Shown one piece after another: positions 60,878-64,000 of a DNA stretch of 64,000 bases. Positions within the stretch are counted from its first letter, which is position 1; every line of letters begins with the position of its first letter. A program made the translations under genes and the position numbers. The notes under the pieces are model-generated. The model had not been told where the DNA came from. It searched no databases and saw only the letters and a program-made list of their open reading frames with translations. The DNA is taken from contig OZ246001.1 in NCBI GenBank assembly GCA_965230295.1, forward strand, positions 32,001 to 96,000. Reading direction: 5' to 3'. The stretch comes from Marinicella sp. (GTDB taxonomy: Bacteria; Pseudomonadota; Gammaproteobacteria; Xanthomonadales; Marinicellaceae).

Positions 60878-61492
60878 TCATTGAGCAGTGTTGTTCTGAA
60901 TGTGAGGTTGTAACATCTTGGCCACGTATCTGGCGATGGTATCGACTTCAATATTAACAGGGTCTCGGACCTTTAACTGGCCCAAGTTGGTGTGCGTCAT
61001 GGTGTGAGGAACCAAATTAACCGTTAGTACATTGTCTTCAATGGTGTTGACTGTCAAGCTGACGCCGTTGATGGTGATGGAACCTTTGGTCACCACGAAT
61101 TGGCTGAGTTCAGCCGGTATTTCGAAGCTGAATATTTCGGAACGTGCACTGGGTTCACGGCTCAAACAACGGCCCACGGCATCGACATGTCCCGAGACGA
61201 TGTGCCCGCCCAATTGGTCTTGCAGTGTCATGGCCGGTTCTAAATTCAGTGTTGTGCCAGTTTGCCAGTTGGCCACTGTGGTTTTGTTCACTGTTTCTAC
61301 CGAAACATCTAAGTTGACGGCATCACCATCAATTTCAGTAACTGTCAAACACACACCATCCATCGCAATGGAGTCACCCAATTTAATCGTTTCCGGAGTG
61401 GCAAAATTGGTTTTAATTTTGAATGCTAAATCGCCAGATTTTTCCTCGCGATCAATGACTTGACCCAATGATTGTATGATACCTGTAAACAT
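60878..61492 (-). CDS. ribE: Riboflavin synthase
   Basis: MFTGII, GVCLTV, GGHIVSGHVD, KGSITINGVSLTV. Confidence 0.96.
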   Translation of the reverse strand: MFTGIIQSLGQVIDREEKSGDLAFKIKTNFATPETIKLGDSIAMDGVCLTVTEIDGDAVNLDVSVETVNKTTVANWQTGTTLNLEPAMTLQDQLGGHIVSGHVDAVGRCLSREPSARSEIFSFEIPAELSQFVVTKGSITINGVSLTVNTIEDNVLTVNLVPHTMTHTNLGQLKVRDPVNIEVDTIARYVAKMLQPHIQNNTAQ

Positions 61493-61495
61493 GAT

Positions 61496-62620
61496 TTATG
61501 TCTTGATCAGTGCCCGCAAGCGCCAATCTTTACCAATTGCCTTTGATGAGATGGCCTTGATATGGTGTCGACTGACCATTTCTTCAATGCTTATTTTTAA
61601 CAAGGGTCTGGCTGTTGAACCCATAATCACCGGAGCTGTGTAAATGATGAACTCATCCAACAAGTCTGCCGACATCATGGCCCCTGCTAAAGTGGCACCA
61701 GATTCTAACAACACCTCATTGATTTCATGCATACCTAAATAGCGAATCACTTGATGCAAATCCACTTTAGCATCAGCACTGCGCATTACTTTTACCGTCA
61801 CGCCTAACTGTTCCAGACGTTGTTGTTTGAGTTGATTTTCGGTTGCTGTGACCAACAAGACCTGACCTGGTCGTGCAAGGATGCGTGCTTCTGTAGGTAT
61901 CCTAAACTGGCTGTCAATCACCACCCTAAGGGGCTGACTCACCTCATCCACCAGGTTCTTGCGATGTTTTCCCGAGAGGTCATCCGGCCTGAAATCTAAT
62001 TGACAATCATCTTGCAAAACCGTGCCAATGCCAGTGATGATGGCACCACTGCGACCCCGCCAATATTGCACATCAGCCCTGGCTTCTTTACCAGTGATCC
62101 AAAAGCTTTCGCCGCTGGCCATGGCTGTACGTCCATCCAGTGATTGGGCCAATTTACACCGCACCCAGGGCAATCCGGTTTCCATGCGGTGCAAGAACCC
62201 TCGGTTCAAATCACGCCCTTTGTTGGCAAGTATGCCTGATACAATTTCAATGCCTGCAGCCTGCAATTTGGCAAAACCTTGACCTGACACCAACGGATTG
62301 GGGTCGTCGTTACAAACCACCACCCGTTTGACTTGCGCTTTGATCAGAGCATCCGCACAGGGTGGATTTTTACCCACATGACTGCAAGGCTCTAAAGTCA
62401 CGTAAACTGTTGAACCTGCTGCTTTTTCTCCAGCTTGCTGCAACGCCAATGCTTCGGCATGCGGTTCACCGACACGTTGATGATAAGCGCTGGCAATGAT
62501 TTGACCACCTTTCACCACAACACAACCTACACGCGGATTGGCACCGGTGGTGAACACCCCTTTACTGGCCAGTTTGAGGGCTTTTTTCATGTATTTGCGA
62601 TGCCGGCTCTTGTGCTTCAT
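61496..62620 (-). CDS. ribD: Riboflavin biosynthesis deaminase/reductase
   Basis: NPRVGC, HAE, TLEPCSH..PPC, SLDGRTA. Confidence 0.96.
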   Translation of the reverse strand: MKHKSRHRKYMKKALKLASKGVFTTGANPRVGCVVVKGGQIIASAYHQRVGEPHAEALALQQAGEKAAGSTVYVTLEPCSHVGKNPPCADALIKAQVKRVVVCNDDPNPLVSGQGFAKLQAAGIEIVSGILANKGRDLNRGFLHRMETGLPWVRCKLAQSLDGRTAMASGESFWITGKEARADVQYWRGRSGAIITGIGTVLQDDCQLDFRPDDLSGKHRKNLVDEVSQPLRVVIDSQFRIPTEARILARPGQVLLVTATENQLKQQRLEQLGVTVKVMRSADAKVDLHQVIRYLGMHEINEVLLESGATLAGAMMSADLLDEFIIYTAPVIMGSTARPLLKISIEEMVSRHHIKAISSKAIGKDWRLRALIKT

Positions 62621-62701
62621 GGGTTGGTCAAAGATAATGACAAATTAATTTTGAAAAGCACATTTTAACAGCCTGATTGCAGGCTCGCGATAGAAAAACA
62701 T

Positions 62702-63529
62702 ATGAACCCAGTAAATTACCGACACATCATTGCCCAAGCCTTGTTAGAAGACATCCAAACCGGAGATTTGACCAGTGAAGCCATTTTTCCTCCCAGCCAA
62801 ACTTGTACCGCCCAATTGATTGCCAAACAGGGTGGTGTGATTGCCGGTTTGGCTGTGTTCAAAGAAAGTTTTTTGCTGTTTGATTCAACCGTGACTGTTG
62901 ATTTGAAGTTTGCCGATGGTGATCAATGCGAAAACCGCGATGTGATCGCCAAAATTGAAGGCCCGGTCTTATCGGTATTGGGGGCAGAACGGGTTGCTTT
63001 GAACCTGCTACAAAGAATGAGCGGTATTGCGACCTTAACCAACCAATTCGTCAGCCTGGCCCAAGGCAAGTGCAAAATACTGGACACACGCAAAACAGCA
63101 CCCAATTTACGGGTACTGGATAAATGGGCCGTTGAACTGGGAGGTGGCGTCAACCACCGCCACGGCCTTTACGACATGGCCATGCTCAAGGAAAACCACA
63201 TCAAAGCCGCTGGCGGTATCACCCAAGCGGTCAATAAATTGCTTGAATATGACAACCACCAGCGACCCATAGAAGTCGAAGTGACCAATCTGGATGAATT
63301 ACGTGAAGCTTTGACTTGTCCTGTTGATCGCATCATGCTGGATAATATGGACAACGAAACCATGGCTGAAGCGGTGACCATCACAGCGGATAAAATTGAT
63401 CTGGAGGCCTCTGGCAATGTCAATTTGGATACCATCGAAGGCATTTCACTCACGGGTGTTGACTACGTCTCCATTGGAGCACTCACCCATTCGGTGAAAG
63501 CCATGGATTACAGCTTGTTGGTGGTTTAA
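62702..63529 (+). CDS. nadC: Quinolinate phosphoribosyltransferase
   Basis: ERVALN, DTRKT, HRHGLYD, KENH, EVE, LDN, GALTHS. Confidence 0.96.
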   Translation: MNPVNYRHIIAQALLEDIQTGDLTSEAIFPPSQTCTAQLIAKQGGVIAGLAVFKESFLLFDSTVTVDLKFADGDQCENRDVIAKIEGPVLSVLGAERVALNLLQRMSGIATLTNQFVSLAQGKCKILDTRKTAPNLRVLDKWAVELGGGVNHRHGLYDMAMLKENHIKAAGGITQAVNKLLEYDNHQRPIEVEVTNLDELREALTCPVDRIMLDNMDNETMAEAVTITADKIDLEASGNVNLDTIEGISLTGVDYVSIGALTHSVKAMDYSLLVV

Positions 63530-63550
63530 TTAAAAAAGGATAAAGAAATC

Positions 63551-64000
63551 ATGAAGAAACCTGACATCAACATCGCCCTGTCACAACTTAACATCAAAGT
63601 GGGTGATATAGCTGGCAACCAACAATTGATTCTGGATGCCATCCAAGAAGCCAAAAATGAGGATATGGACATGTTGGTCCTCACCGAGTTAACGGTTTGT
63701 GGCTACCCTCCAGAAGATTTACTGTTTCATCAACAGTTTTTAGATGATTGTTATGCATCTATCAAGGCCATTGCCGATCATTGTACTGACATTGTTGTGG
63801 TCGTAGGCTTTCCAAGAAATCATCCCAATGAACCTGAGCTGTTACACAACTCGGCAGCCTTGATTCAGGATGGTGAAATCAAAATGATCTATGACAAACA
63901 CAAATTACCCAATTATTTGGTGTTCGATGAAAAGCGCTATTTCACCCCTGGCAACCATGATGGCATCGTCGAACTCACCATCAAGGGGCAGTTGTATACC
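63551..64000 (+). CDS. nadE: Glutamine-dependent NAD+ synthetase, N-terminal part (runs off window)
   Basis: MKKPDINIALSQLNIKVGDIAGN...TELTVCGYPPEDLL...KLPNYLVFDEKRYF (nitrilase-like glutaminase domain). Confidence 0.9.
   Translation, partial: MKKPDINIALSQLNIKVGDIAGNQQLILDAIQEAKNEDMDMLVLTELTVCGYPPEDLLFHQQFLDDCYASIKAIADHCTDIVVVVGFPRNHPNEPELLHNSAALIQDGEIKMIYDKHKLPNYLVFDEKRYFTPGNHDGIVELTIKGQLYT

Noticed and set aside
2129-63453. Numerous 60-160 aa ORFs antisense to or nested in housekeeping genes
   Set aside because: Shadow ORFs of well-supported genes with no independent motifs

Overview
Bacterial chromosomal window from an AT-rich gammaproteobacterium. The gene order (fabF-pabB-pabC-mltG-tmk-holB-pilZ; rpoE-rseA-(rseC)-mucD-lepA-lepB-rnc-era-recO) and a protease ending in DxIFxDxF suggest a marine Xanthomonadales-like lineage such as Marinicella; this is inference, not a database result. 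Most of the window is housekeeping: the rpoE/lep/rnc/era/recO operon, the yceD-rpmF-plsX-fab operon, pab, rib, nad, fumC, sodB, ubiM, miaE and an RND pump. The one clear accessory element is a ~5.2 kb island integrated in the 3' end of tRNA-Ser(GGA), bounded by a 14-bp att direct repeat (37121-37134 / 42312-42325). It encodes a P4-type integrase, an unknown protein, AlpA, a small winged-helix protein, a primase-less RecA-like/AAA_25 ATPase and one lipoprotein cargo. It also carries recognisable cis-elements: arm-type repeats at both ends, inverted 9-bp iteron-like repeats, and an inverted cluster of DnaA boxes. This looks like a minimalist phage-satellite-like element and is the best candidate for an undescribed system. 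Other leads are an RtT-like tRNA-linked repeat, a candidate C-terminal sorting motif, a pilZ-unknown-FimX-like c-di-GMP operon, a miaE-glycosyltransferase gene pair, two matching ECF-type promoters and an unannotated 57-aa membrane protein.
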